The position numbers and the translations under genes are program-made. Below, in pieces: positions 43,210-55,792 of a stretch of DNA of 64,000 nucleotides. The notes beneath the pieces are model-generated. The model did no database searches. It was not told the origin of the DNA and saw only the letters and a program-made list of their open reading frames with translations. Source of the DNA: Octopus vulgaris (taxonomy: Eukaryota). The stretch spans positions 1,984,001-2,048,000 of the forward strand of contig OX597824.1 in assembly GCA_951406725.2 (NCBI GenBank), written 5' to 3'. Each line of letters starts with the position of its first letter. The first letter of the stretch is position 1.

Positions 43210-43870
43210 TCTGTCAATATATTTAATTAATCAATTTAGGGTAGTAAAAAATTCGATAGAAATTTATCACTACCAGCGGCCCAGTGGAAAAGAAAAATAG
43301 TCATGAGACTAAAATGTAAATATATAACAATTTAGGAATGGCCTTAACAGGCCATTCGTCCACTAGACAGAGCAGCCATAACTCTAACCGCAAAGTAATA
43401 TAATTCGGAAATAGGTGAAAAATTAAAAACGTTTACCCTAATTCATCTTTTAGACGATGCATCGTTTCTGCGTTTTTAATGATAGACCAGCCTAATTAAA
43501 TTAAATTAAGCTAATCTACCATAGGTCACGCTTCGTCAGTAAAGAAACCTTTGGTAGAGGCAGATATACACGAGGCTAACGCATCGAAGCCTCTGGAATA
43601 TCTGTCTTAAAATTTTCGAAGACCAGCGCAATCGCGCCAATCTTATCAGCAGCAAATATAAACTGCCGATTCAATCTCAGAATTAGTCAGAAATTAATCA
43701 ATTAATCAATTTAGGGTAGTAAAAAATTCGATAGAAATTTATCACTACCAGCGGCCCAGTGGAAAAGAAAAATAGTCATGAGACTAAAATGTAAATATAT
43801 AACAATTTAGGAATGACCTTAACAGGCCATTCGTCCACTAGACAGAGCAGCCATAACTCTGTCAATATAT
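43210..43870 (-). mobile_element. Non-coding partial-tandem retroelement: 475-bp monomer, 161-bp direct repeats (43225-43385 / 43700-43860), TSD (tct)gtcaatatat
   Basis: The repeats differ at one base. tctgtcaatatat occurs at 43210-43222 and 43858-43870. An internal canonical hammerhead is present. Confidence 0.85.
43448..43543 (-). ncRNA. Type I hammerhead ribozyme with canonical core and GUC cleavage triplet
   Basis: UUUA-CUGACGA-A-GCGU-[19-bp helix with 4 G.U pairs]-ACGC-A-GAAAC-GAUGCAUC-GUC-UAAA. Predicted cut between 43453 and 43452. Confidence 0.85.
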
Positions 43871-44302
43871 ATATATCCATATACACACATGCATATATAT
43901 ATATATATATATAAATGCAGAGATTGAGATGAAGTGAGGGAAAAGGTGTCTTTGTGAACTATTGGCATAGCAAAATTAATGTCTCTGCCGGGGCTAAAAA
44001 TGTAGGCAGTAATTTGATAACTGAATTGAGCGAAAATGTTACGTGCAATTAACGTATCTATGCACACACGTATGTGTGTATGACGCAGTCATGCTTACAC
44101 ATGTCCCTTCATTTACCCAAGTAATATATGCTTATATATATATATGTGTGTGTAGAGAGAGAGAGAGACAGAGAGAGAGAGAGACACAGAGAGAGAGAGA
44201 TAAATAATAGATAGGCATCAGTCATAAACACACTTGTAAATACATACATACATTCACATATATTGCTATTGTTTTATTCATTCAACTGGTATTTCTTTCC
44301 AG

Positions 44303-44511
44303 GTCCACGTACATTTGATATCAGCGTAATGTTGATGTCGATAGACGATTCGGAAACGGATTGTGTAGATTTGTCCCCTCTCATGCACCAAACATTAGAA
44401 TTGAGAGGATATAAACTACTGGAGTATGGAAACTTTAAATACTATGATGTATTTAAAGAACACAAGAATGTTTACATCATTACGTTAATCTGGCATCCTG
44501 ACAATTTATAA
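44303..44511 (+). CDS. Candidate terminal coding exon of an unidentified host gene
   Basis: Acceptor atttctttccag| precedes about 69 codons of complex non-repetitive peptide (PRTFDISVMLMSIDD...YIITLIWHPDNL*), an AT-rich downstream region and AATAAA at 44730. Confidence 0.4.
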
Positions 44512-46086
44512 TGGAAAATTGGTGTTATGTATCGATACACAAGGAAATATGAAATATATCATCAGTTTGAGGATCTGTTGTAAGAAGCATTATATAATGA
44601 AAGCGATATTTTTATCCTTTATTTAGTCATTAATTGTAATTTAACACCACATATTTCACTGAATGCATGAGAATTACTTAGAAATGGATGAGAATCTTTC
44701 GTCTTTCATAATGTGTTATGTGTTCGAAGAATAAAGATTTATGTCTCCCATTGAGAATACCGATTCTATACTGTTTCTCCAGTCTATTTCTCAAGTAGCG
44801 GAATCAAATAATATTTGAAAAGAAATAGACACATAATTTACTAAAAATAATTCCATACTTATGCTATACATGAGAAAGTAAAGACCCTGCCAATGAAATC
44901 TAAGGATTTAGTGCAGACGAGCTAAAATGCCACGTGCTATGTATTATTTGTAAATAAAGAAATGCAATATAAGTTAATTTTGCAATTAATAGAAATAGAT
45001 GCACTTTTATTGATTCATATATCGCGAAAAATACGGTTTTCTGATTTTTCTATTTCTTTAAAATGCAGCTTTTCTTGTCCAAATCTTTGAGATTACAATA
45101 TTTTAATCTCTTGAACTATTGTATGGCCAAGCCCGACCATGACAAATATACAGGATTAATTATCAATCGTTCACAAAGATTGAAGGGGTCTCTAGAGGTG
45201 CCCCCGTAGGATCTGGACCAGAACTTGCTGTATCGTACATGTTTGTTAGGTAATAAACGTGCAATATTGAAATGTACAATATATATTGTTCTTGTAAGTT
45301 TTTCCGTTTCTGCAATGTTTGTATAGAAATGTATGTCAATATATTTTCCTATATTTACTCGGAAATATATTTAAACGATATTGATGTTGTAATAGATCAT
45401 AAAAATATATGGAAATGTTTCAAAGGAAATATTATTAAATTCAAACATTGGTTATTCTGTGATATAATGCCTAGGATGTAATATGTAATAAGGAACTGAA
45501 ATAGAAACCTTAGATTAGCAACGGCACGAGGTTAGATTAATAATGTATGGGATCATATATATACATGTTCATATGTGTACATATCTATGTAAATATATTT
45601 CACTGGATGTGGAAATACTTGGTACACTTTTTCGGATTTTAATCAGCAAACACAGGATACAATCAGAACGTTTAAAAAAAGAATTGACCGTTATACTTAC
45701 TCAAACTATTTTATTTTAATTACTGTATTATATAGAATGTATACACTGTCCGACACGTGTTTCTACTGCATAAATGTTCTGGGGATATGGCATTCAGTTG
45801 CATCCTATTCGTTCAATTGCATTAGAAGTTCATCCATGCTAAACGTATCCATTCATGCATATATATGTATACATGTATACATACATATTTATTTTATCTT
45901 ATTTTATCTACTTTCAGCTCACGAGCTGTAGCCATGCTGGTGTGAGTGTATGTTTGAAAAATAACTTCAAAAAAGAACAATTCAAACATTTTGACGAGTC
46001 TAAAAGGAGAGAAAGAATGATTTCTAATTAAGATTCATAATATTCATAAAAAACAGCCAGAGCAAGTAATAAGAATATGAAAATAG

Positions 46087-46245
46087 TAGTTGAAGAATAT
46101 CGTTATAGGTATAAAAATATACCATAAATAATAATATAAAAGTGGAGGAGAAAAAGATGTTGCACTAAAATTAGATTTAATACAAATTTGGATTCATTAA
46201 TACGTTATATATAGGTATATTTTTATACCTATAACGATATTTTTC

Positions 46246-46250
<5 letters not shown>
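46087..46250. repeat. Inverted repeat with 37-bp arms (36/37 identity) and a 90-bp spacer
   Basis: tagttgaagaatatcgttataggtataaaaatatacc / ggtatatttttatacctataacgatatttttcaacta. Confidence 0.85.
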
Positions 46251-46304
<54 letters not shown>

Positions 46305-46929
46305 CATACATATATATATATGTATACTTACATGTTCTTTATAATTTTCACATTTTATTAATCGAGATTATATTCATTAATCCTACTTTCTCTAACCTGC
46401 TCCTCTCGTTAAAGTTGTTTAAATATCTTTCCTGATTCCTTTAATCTTTATTTTGTCATCATTTATAGTATTAGGTAATCTCCTAACCCATATCCGTGCA
46501 TTAGATCTTTGCTTCAAAACTGATGACTGATTAATTACTTTAAAATTACTTGTCATAGCTCACCCGCTTTGTGATTTTCTTGCAATAATTGATTTGATAT
46601 TGGTTTCAAATTTTGGCACAAGGCCAGCAAGTTCGGGTCTAGGTGGAAGTCGATGATATAGACTTCAGTTTTCAACCGGTAATTATTTTCCTGACCCAGA
46701 AATCATAAAGGCAAACTCAACCTGTTGCTCTTTCTCTCTTTCCCTCTCGCTCATTCTGTTTTTTGCTTCTCTTCAATATATGATCCTCTAGCACATTTTC
46801 CTTCGTTTTTATTCATATCTCTGGCGACGCTCTATTATTTACATGTTCTAGATCACAAAACACGCATACCCTTCCTAACTCTTTCAAACATTATCTGTGT
46901 TTGGCCAAATTAATTTTTCGATTCTATCT

Positions 46930-47420
46930 CATATTCAGTAAAACATGGTCGCCTTTTAAGTAATTCTTATTTCCCAAAATTATTTCAAGTGGTACTTCTC
47001 AATTTATAAGATGACTCTATCATAAAATCATTGCCAAGTCGCACTAATTTCCATACATCATACTGATCCCTATTTTCGCCAGACTACAAATATTCAAATG
47101 TTTACGCTTCATTTCATCCATATAATCTAAAGTATAATCCTAATCGATGACCAGTGCTACCACTTCCCTACTTTATTTCCTTTGTAGGGTAAAAATAATC
47201 TAGCTCTTGGAATTCAGTGTCAGAATTATTTTCTGCACGTGATCATAATCAAATAAGACCGAACGTTTTACATAATTTCGGTCAAAACAATCATGACATA
47301 ATTTTTCTCCTTTTCATATTTACTCGGCCTTGGATTACCGATTATCTTCATACACCTTACTCTACTGATTTGCCTCTATTTATCAATAAATCCTTTTCTT
47401 GTGCACGAAGGTCTTAAAAG
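46930..47420 (-). mobile_element. Decayed non-LTR RT remnant, R4/Dong-like
   Basis: Minus strand gives LYMDEMK (YMDD-like) and IQG-like traces. Confidence 0.4.
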
Positions 47421-47795
47421 TTATTAGCACATGTTATGCAGCGTCGTTTCCTAATTTTGTCGACATTGATCCATCGTAGAGATTCCGATGTAAAATCCGA
47501 GTCAGAGATTTCTGCACCATCGGACAACATCGAAATTTACAAAATATATTTTACGGGAACACAAATGTTTTCCCACAATGTTTGAACACACACGCACAGA
47601 TAGCATCTTGCGCATGTGTCATCTAAAATAGCCTCGTACCTCCACAAGATCTGTTAGTTATTTGGTAAACAGAAATATATATATATATATATATATATAC
47701 TATTAATATAGGATAATTTAATTTCTTTTTTCAGAAAACAATGTCATCAAAAGTGGCAGCATATTAAAATACCTTTAAAAGTTAAAATTATAAAG

Positions 47796-47921
47796 AACTT
47801 ATAAACAAGAGCAAAGGAAAAATTATTCCCATGCCAATATGCTGATAACAGACGATTTAAAAGTCTGTTATCAGCATATTGGCATGGAAATATTTTTTTC
47901 TTTTGCCCTTGTTTTTAAGTT
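47796..47921. other. Long hairpin with about 58-bp arms, a 25-bp perfect core and a 9-nt loop
   Basis: ccatgccaatatgctgataacagac-gatttaaaa-gtctgttatcagcatattggcatgg, with imperfect extension. Confidence 0.85.
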
Positions 47922-48049
47922 GTATATACATGTGTGTGTGTGTATGTGTACGTGTGTGTATGTGTACGTGTGTGTATGTGCGTGCATGTATATATATCCA
48001 TATATGTGTGCATGCGTGTGTGTGTATGTGTAAGTGTGTGTATATGTGT

Positions 48050-48272
48050 GTGCACACGGGCGTGAGTTTCTACTCATCCCTCACCGACGCCTCAACAACG
48101 GTGCTACTTTCTTTACCGTGTGTGTGTGTGTGTGTGTGAGTTAGTGGTTAGGCAAAAGACACCAATACAATAAATACTGTGCCTTAGAAATTTACACTTG
48201 TGTCGCCTAAACTTTTGCTGTCCGTTTCTCAGCATGGCCGCACTCCAATGACTGAAACATGTAAATACAAGC
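48050..48272 (+). mobile_element. SINE family A 3' part, degraded
   Basis: cagcatggccgcactccaatgactgaaacatgtaa tail. Confidence 0.6.
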
Positions 48273-48599
48273 CACAAAAGATGATATTCATTGTAATGTA
48301 TGTTACTTAAACTAGCAAAAAACTCGCTCCAAGACTTCTTTTTCTGCTCTACATTTTCTGCTTAAATCTTTTATACATATAATATATATACATTTCCTCT
48401 CTCTCTCTCTCTCTCTCCCTTTCTCTCTCTTACACACACACACTCACTCACACATATACATTCACTCACAAACAAACACACCCACATATATAGGTGCATA
48501 CATTCATGCATACATATATCTATAAATAAACATCATAAAAGCTGTACATTCAGGTGACAGTTACAGGTATTATAGATAAGATATGATGGACCCATAAAC

Positions 48600-49300
48600 A
48601 AAGAGAAAAGCTGGGCTGAATACCCCAGGACATTAATGAGAATGTGATCATGAAAACTCGATCTTACAGCATGCATACTGCCAACAACACTATTGCAGTG
48701 TCTGTCTCCGAGCCTACATTTGGACTTCTGAACTGGTCACTACAGGAACTTAATAGCATAGATGTCCGAAATCGCATGCTGATCAGTGTTACAGGAAATT
48801 TTAACACCAGGGAAGATGTAGACAGGGTGCACACACCATGTAAGTATAGTGGTTGTGGTCTCAAGCCTGTATTAATGTGATATGAAGCACCGAATGTGAC
48901 AATGGAACAATATTTGCAGCAAAGGAAAGAAACTAACAACTGCTTTGTCCAAGTTTGTGATTAGGAAATCAACAACGAAATTGAGATAATGAACTTTAAG
49001 AGAAATATAAAATAAGAAGTGATACAGATCTTTCGTCAGGGAGCAAAAATAAAATCTATTCATCGGAAGAAAATGATCGAAGCCACTAAGAAGATAGTAC
49101 CAGAGTGCCAAGGGGAAAGCAAGCAGAAACCAAAGAGAGGACTGATCATGTGAAAAGCTAGGCATGTAGCACCCACAGATGTTTGACATCCTAAGATAAG
49201 TATTCCGAGAACAAGAGGTCCCCACAAATTCCTGTAGCATAAAAGCTCCATCTGGAGCAAACTATGATTGAATTTGTGTTCTTGGGAGGAGGAAACTCAT
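48600..49300 (+). mobile_element. R4/Dong-like LINE RT-thumb remnant
   Basis: ANN.IAV....PTFGLLNWS.QEL..ID.R.R.L......N...DVDR..TP.K..G.GL matches the AIN..AVP..Y.FG...W...EL..LD...RK..DRLY.PR..GGRGL motif. Confidence 0.75.
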
Positions 49301-49572
49301 ATCGTTGATTCATGTACTATAAAGGACCACGATATCTGGGAATAGAAGCGGTCTTCCTAAGATTTAAAGGATGATGAGCAAAGGAAAATACTTTCCTTCA
49401 TAACCTTGCTACCAAGACGGTGGCGAGTGAAAATTCATTCTAAACTAAAAAAAAAAAATGGAAAAGAGAAGAATACAGTTCTATATTTAAGAGATGAGGA
49501 ATTATGTACACCATTTACATTAATTACCTTATTTACATTTGACGGATATATGTCTTGATCTTGTTTGTTGTT

Positions 49573-49618
49573 AACACAACGTTTCGGCTGATATACCTTC
49601 CAGCCTTCATCAGGTGTC
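49573..49618 (-). ncRNA. Minimal type I hammerhead with palindromic ACGU stem III
   Basis: GACAC-CUGAUGA-A-GGCUG(10 nt)CAGCC-GAAACGUU-GUGUU. Confidence 0.8.
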
Positions 49619-49667
49619 TTGGAGAAATTTCGAACCTGTGTTCTCATTCCTAAGGTATTTTTGGTTG

Positions 49668-49707
<40 letters not shown>

Positions 49708-49711
49708 ATTC

Positions 49712-49785
49712 AGGTTACTGCCTGGAATCGAGCTCGGAATCTTGGGGTTAGTAGACCGCACTCTTAACCACTACTCCATATGCCC
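49712..49785 (-). mobile_element. tRNA-derived Pol III head (pseudo-tRNA) upstream of (AAT)n and the hammerhead
   Basis: GGGCATATGGAGTAGTGGTTAAGAGTGCGGTCTACTAACCCCAAGATTCCGAGCTCGATTCCAGGCAGTAACCT: A box, anticodon-like loop, B box with one change, broken acceptor stem. Confidence 0.75.
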
Positions 49786-50586
49786 GTGTGCAATTATGGA
49801 GTGAATTATAGAGCTTATAAATCTAATACTTTCCTACTCTTCCTTAATACCCGGTTCCCATATGCTGTTCATATCTGCGCTCGGTCTGCTTATGAGATTG
49901 TTGTGTCCCAGCATGTGCGCTGCTTCTTTCAGTTTTCGTATACAAGAAAGCAAATATGGACACACGATCACTGACACACAGAAAGGCACGCGCTCTCACA
50001 GTGCAATACATACAAGCGCATTTGCATACGTCCTTCAATACATAGTGTTTATTGTTTTTGTATCGATGGCATCGCGTACAAAGACCGCATTAATCAACAT
50101 TTAGGTTGATCAATGTGACCTAATTCTATTTTGAAATGTCCTCCTTCGATTGACTTCCGCTTATAAATCCCGTTATGCCAGACTTCACATTTGATAAGTG
50201 GAAGAGTGCTTTCTTCCGATAAAATCATTTCCTATTTAACTTTCATTCTTTTAATTATTTACCATTATTATTACTATTTCTTTTTCTTTGGAAATCCTGT
50301 CGTTTTGTTTTCGGTCTGATACGATTCCACCAACTTAAAAGGAGAACAAGATTCATTATTCATGCACTGGTGTTGTCGTTCCTGTTGTATTTACTTTTTC
50401 TAACACAGCCATTGTTTACGTACTATTTTAACTTTCCACTTTATAACATTTCACTTTTATCCTTCCACTTACATCATGTTTTAATTAAATTTAATGAGAT
50501 ACATTTAATTCTACATTTTTGGAATTCTTTTTGAAAGTGAAGAATTGTTTTATTCTTTTTTATTATTGTTTTATATTTGTGTACGG

Positions 50587-50650
<64 letters not shown>

Positions 50651-51794
50651 CTATAAAACATTAAAACAGTCGCCATTTATGTTACCGTCATTGAAGTATA
50701 CTAAGTGGCATGATTGTTTTAAGTGTTGATTAATGAGGTAAGCTTTCAGCAAAATGCATCTAAGATTAGAACTTAATTTCGACTTCTAACTCATATTATT
50801 TGATTTCACTTTCTGCTTAACACCATTGAAGTACTTAAAGAGGAAACGAAGGTCGTATATCCTTATTGAGTGAAAGTTTTACCGAAAGCATGTCTGAGTA
50901 ACGAAGCAAATAATCTCCAACATAAGCATTTAACATGAGCAATTATAAAGTTAGATTACGACATATTTATTATCTTTATCTAAGGTTTTATATTTAACCT
51001 TTTGAGAAGTAAAGTGGAAAGAACATAATATTTGTTAACTATCAAATTTCGGAGAGAAAGAAATTTAAATGTTAGAATTGGAAAATTTCATTGTGCGAGA
51101 AGAAAATCGAATAGATTCGGATTACTGGAAATAGGCAACTTTAAGATGCATAAATATTTAGTACTCCCTATGTATGTATGTATGTATGTATGTATGTATG
51201 TATGTATGTATGTATGTATGTATGTATGTATGTATGTATGTATGTATCTATCTATCTATCTACCTGTTTGTCTGTATGTCTGTCTGTTTGTCAGTCTTTC
51301 CTTCTCTCTGTCCTGTAGTCGCTTCAGACATATGGACAGTGGCCATGTTAGGGCACCATCTGGTAATACTCAGTAATACCAGAATCGACAGTTTTACACA
51401 TTCCAAGTCTCGCATTCCCTCTATTTCCCTTTGCTACACATCAGATTTACGAGGACGTACACATACCCACACTTGCCAAGTGGTGAGACACAGACACACA
51501 GACATTCATACATACTCATATATATATATATACACACACCACCACCCCACAGACACGCACACATACGCAGGTACGTACAGTCAACACATACACTTATATG
51601 AAAATTATTCAATCAGAAATGAAGATGGCTTGATATTCAAAAAATCGAGTTAAAGGTAACAAGAACGGATAATATTAGACAGATTCAAAGTTTTGTCAAA
51701 AAATCTTCGCCTTTATTTATTCAGCAGTTTCTTGGAGATGCTAAAGTACGGGAAGCTAATATGATGCAAGGTGTGTGTGTGTGTCTATTCTTTT

Positions 51795-52101
51795 TCTGTT
51801 ATTTGTTTCAGCCATTTAACTCCGGCCATGCTGGAACACCGCCTGTAGTCGAACCAACCGACCCCAGAACTTTCTAAGCCTAGTAGGTATTCTATCGGTA
51901 TCTTTGGCCGAACCGTTAGGTTATGGGGACGTAAACATACCAAGATCAATTGTCGAGCGATGGTGGGGAACGAACACACACATACATACGGGCTTCTTTC
52001 ATATTCTGTCTACCAAATCCACTCACAAGACTTTGGTTGGCCCTAGGCTATAGTAGTAGAACCATATTGCTAGGAAGCAAGCTGCTTTCCACACAGTCAC
52101 T
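51795..52101 (-). mobile_element. SINE family A, internally deleted
   Basis: Colinear with 1023-1436 except for a gap in the head region. Confidence 0.8.
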
Positions 52102-52114
52102 GACATGCCTTATA

Positions 52115-52164
<50 letters not shown>

Positions 52165-52213
52165 GTAATAAATTCTTGATACACCTAGACATGTCTTCCT
52201 CTCTCTCTCTCTC

Positions 52214-52258
<45 letters not shown>

Positions 52259-54184
52259 GTGCGAGAGTTTGGACTTCTGTGTCTGTGTTTGTGAGTGTAA
52301 AAGTGTGTACATGTGTATATGTGGGGGGTGTTTCAGTGTATGCGTTTATATGGTTGATTTTGTTTGCCGAGTTACGTATAAGAGTGCAAAGTTTCAATCA
52401 ACAAAAAGTCCTATGAAATAAAAGTGCCTGGAAAGGGTTTGAGTATTCCACAGTCACGTATATCATCAAAGCAATTCGCACCTGTTTGACAAAACTAGGT
52501 CATTGAATTACAGTTACAATTCGTGTGACGGGATTTTACACAATTTCTCATCACCTCTTCGCCCGATTTCAGAGAGCTTGAATTGATTTCAGCCTATGAT
52601 AAATGATGTCTCGTATTGGGATCGAAACCAGCTTCTGGTGATAGCAGCGAAAAGCACTAATACAGTTTTACAGGACGGACCTCCATATTGTTTCTGTCGA
52701 CCAAATTCGAAGGCATTGGTAAAGAGAGGAGTTTCGTACAAGATGCTTATGTTACTACATAGTAACGAAATAGAACACTGAACCACGTGGATTCGGAGTC
52801 AGCTCCCTATCTCCACATCCATACATGCCCTTGATCGCGGAAATACGATCAGAAAATTGTTTACGTGTGGCATGGTGGGAATTTGTCTTTAAGAAAAAAC
52901 AAGTTGTTTAATGTCGTCTGCTGATTTAATTCTAACTGATTTAAGGACGTCCAACTAGCAGAGTTGTTAGAATATGGGGGGGGAGAGATGTCACTGTGGT
53001 ATTCCTTCTGACACCTTACATTCTAAGTTCAAATCCAGTCGATTTCAATTTTTTTCTCCCTTTCCGGCAGTAAGGTAAGTGTCAATCTGCAGCCGACGGC
53101 ATCAACTAATTCTCCGTTTAAAATTTCCGGCCTCGTGTCTGAATTAAAAAACCCTTGTCTTATGTTCTTTAATCTCTGATGCATTAGTAACCATTTTCTT
53201 TACTCTCTTAGAATGTACATTACTTTTCAGAATGCATTTTATTGACTTGAAACGCATCTTTATTTATTTATTTATTTATTTATTTATTTGGTATGGTGGA
53301 GAGATTGTTTAATAATATGTCTGTAGTATTACAATTTAAACGAAAACTTGTAAAAAGAAAAAAGAAAAAAATAAGTGAACGCAAACCAGACATCTCATGA
53401 TTATATGTTAAAGCATGATATAAGAAAAGAAAAAGAAAAGGTAGACAATCACATCTCAGTCATTGAACATATTGGAATATTCGCGTTGCACATTCTTCAA
53501 TTAATCGCATTAATCCAAGTAAAGAAAAAAGCGCAAATAAAATAATCTTAATTTAGACGATACCAGACTGTGTCTTTCAATCAAAGTCGCGTTTCGAGGC
53601 ATTACCAAGGACACCGGTTATAGAGTCTCCCACTTTTGTATCTATTCGACCTTAGGCGTGACACACATTCCATCTAGTCATCTGGTGTATTATGCTACAA
53701 GCTATTTGTATCGATAGAAAATTTTAAAAAATAAGTTAGTTGATTAATCGATACCAGACTCAACAGCCACAAAGCTCGGATGAAATTAGTATCTGATGCT
53801 GATAAATTACCGCTTTTTTTGTGTTTGATTTTCGTTATTTTTTTGTTTCACAGAAAGACGTTAGAAGCCTTGTTATCAGCCATCTTTGCCCTTTCATGTT
53901 TCAGGAAATGCTGGCAGTGAAATAACTCTTATATCGATTCAACAGTCCTATGTGTGCATATATTTAGAGATTAAAAGATAAACATATACGCATATACAGA
54001 CAACAGACTATCTACACACACGCCGCACACTCACACACATTCACACACACACATACACACACATACACATACAAATGCAAACACACTCACACAACTCGCG
54101 CTGGCATACTTTCAAAGAAATGTGTCTTATACATAATGCTGTAGAGATATGCATGTATGTATATGCATTTATATACATACATGA

Positions 54185-54228
<44 letters not shown>

Positions 54229-54248
54229 GTATGTGTGTACGTGCGTAT

Positions 54249-54284
<36 letters not shown>

Positions 54285-54369
54285 GCACGCGAACCAATGT
54301 GTGATAACAGGTTTTGAAACGGTGAATGGACAGTCCGTATGCATATGAAAACTACTCTTTCATTTCTTG

Positions 54370-54610
54370 AAGACAATATGGTGATTCTGATTATTTGATG
54401 ATTTAGCTGCGATATGTAGCGTGTCGAGAACTTGGGCAAAGGTTCAGTCGTTGAATCGTTGATGTCATATTTCTTGTTTAGCCCCAGGACACCTGCGATC
54501 AAACATACTCATTATACTGTCATCTGTGACAGCCTCGTCCTTTCCGAAGCAGATGTCAGAGTGAATCAACGCATTAAGAACCACATCAGCAATGCCCTTT
54601 TCCAGGCAGC
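54370..54610 (+). mobile_element. RTE-like LINE RT remnant
   Basis: S..LS..D..VNQRI....NAF-like motif, degraded. Confidence 0.4.
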
Positions 54611-54777
54611 ACGACATAACGCATGCGGCCATATATTTCTTTGCTTGTGTGTGGGGTATATGTAGACACATACATATATACAAGTAATATATATTTGTTG
54701 GTTCATATATGTAGCCATCGTTGTATAAATATATACACACACGCAAGTGTATATCTAACTATCTATCTATCTCTCTC

Positions 54778-54880
<103 letters not shown>

Positions 54881-54905
54881 ATATATATATGTATATATCT
54901 GTCTA

Positions 54906-54977
<72 letters not shown>

Positions 54978-55344
54978 CCAACACATATAACATTACATCG
55001 GAATCATTCTTACCCCTACACCGTCGACATCTCACATTTTAATGCCCTGTCTCCTTTCTTCTCTCTCTATCACTTTCTTATTACTACGTCACTTTCTTTC
55101 TCTTTATTTCTCTGTCTGTCTCTGTCTCGTTCTCTCTGCCTGTTTCTCTTCCTTCCTCTCTCCTCCTTAGTCTCTGCCACTACCTAACCCATCGTATATC
55201 TCTTAAACCTTCCTCTTTTCACAAGACACATTTCTTTTGGAACTCATGTCCTGCTTAAATCTCTCCCAAATCGAAAATTCTAAATTACTGGAGAATTCTA
55301 ATAATTAGTAAGAAGCGTATCCTTATGCAATGTCAACAACAATA

Positions 55345-55560
55345 TTCTTTTGTACTCTAGGCACAAGGGGCCCGAAATATTTGGTGTGGGGACCAGTCGA
55401 TCAGATCGACCCAATATGAAACTGGTATTATATTAATTGACCCCCAAAGGGTGAAAGGCAAAGTCGACCTCGGCAGAATTTGAACTCAGAACGTAAAGAC
55501 AGACGAAATACCGCTAAGCATATCGCCCGTAGTGCTAACGTTTTTGCCAGCTCACCGCCT
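55345..55560 (-). mobile_element. SINE family B
   Basis: Colinear with 24487-24716. Confidence 0.85.
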
Positions 55561-55591
55561 TATACACAACCAAAATTACCTCATCAAGTAT

Positions 55592-55792
55592 GCCGGCGAG
55601 ATAGCAGAATCTTTAGCGCGCCATTTTACATTCTGAATTTCCATTCCGTTGAAGTCGATTTTGCCTTTCATCCTACCTGAAATGTAGAATCGTTTGAGAG
55701 TCGATAATATAAGTACCAGTACAGTACCGGGGTCGATATTATCAAATTTTCCCTCCACGCAAAACTGTTGGACTTGTAGCAAAATTCCAAAC
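55592..55792 (+). mobile_element. SINE family B, diverged, head-to-head with the previous copy
   Basis: ggcgagatagcagaatc...gtcgattttgcctttcatcc...ataagtaccagt...ggggtcgat. Confidence 0.7.

Noticed and set aside
43225-43860. LTR retrotransposon or TRIM
   Set aside because: There are no TG...CA termini, no obvious PBS/PPT, and the TSD is longer than 4-6 bp
49712-49785. Functional tRNA gene
   Set aside because: Acceptor and anticodon stems are broken and the B box is mutated, so it is treated as a SINE head
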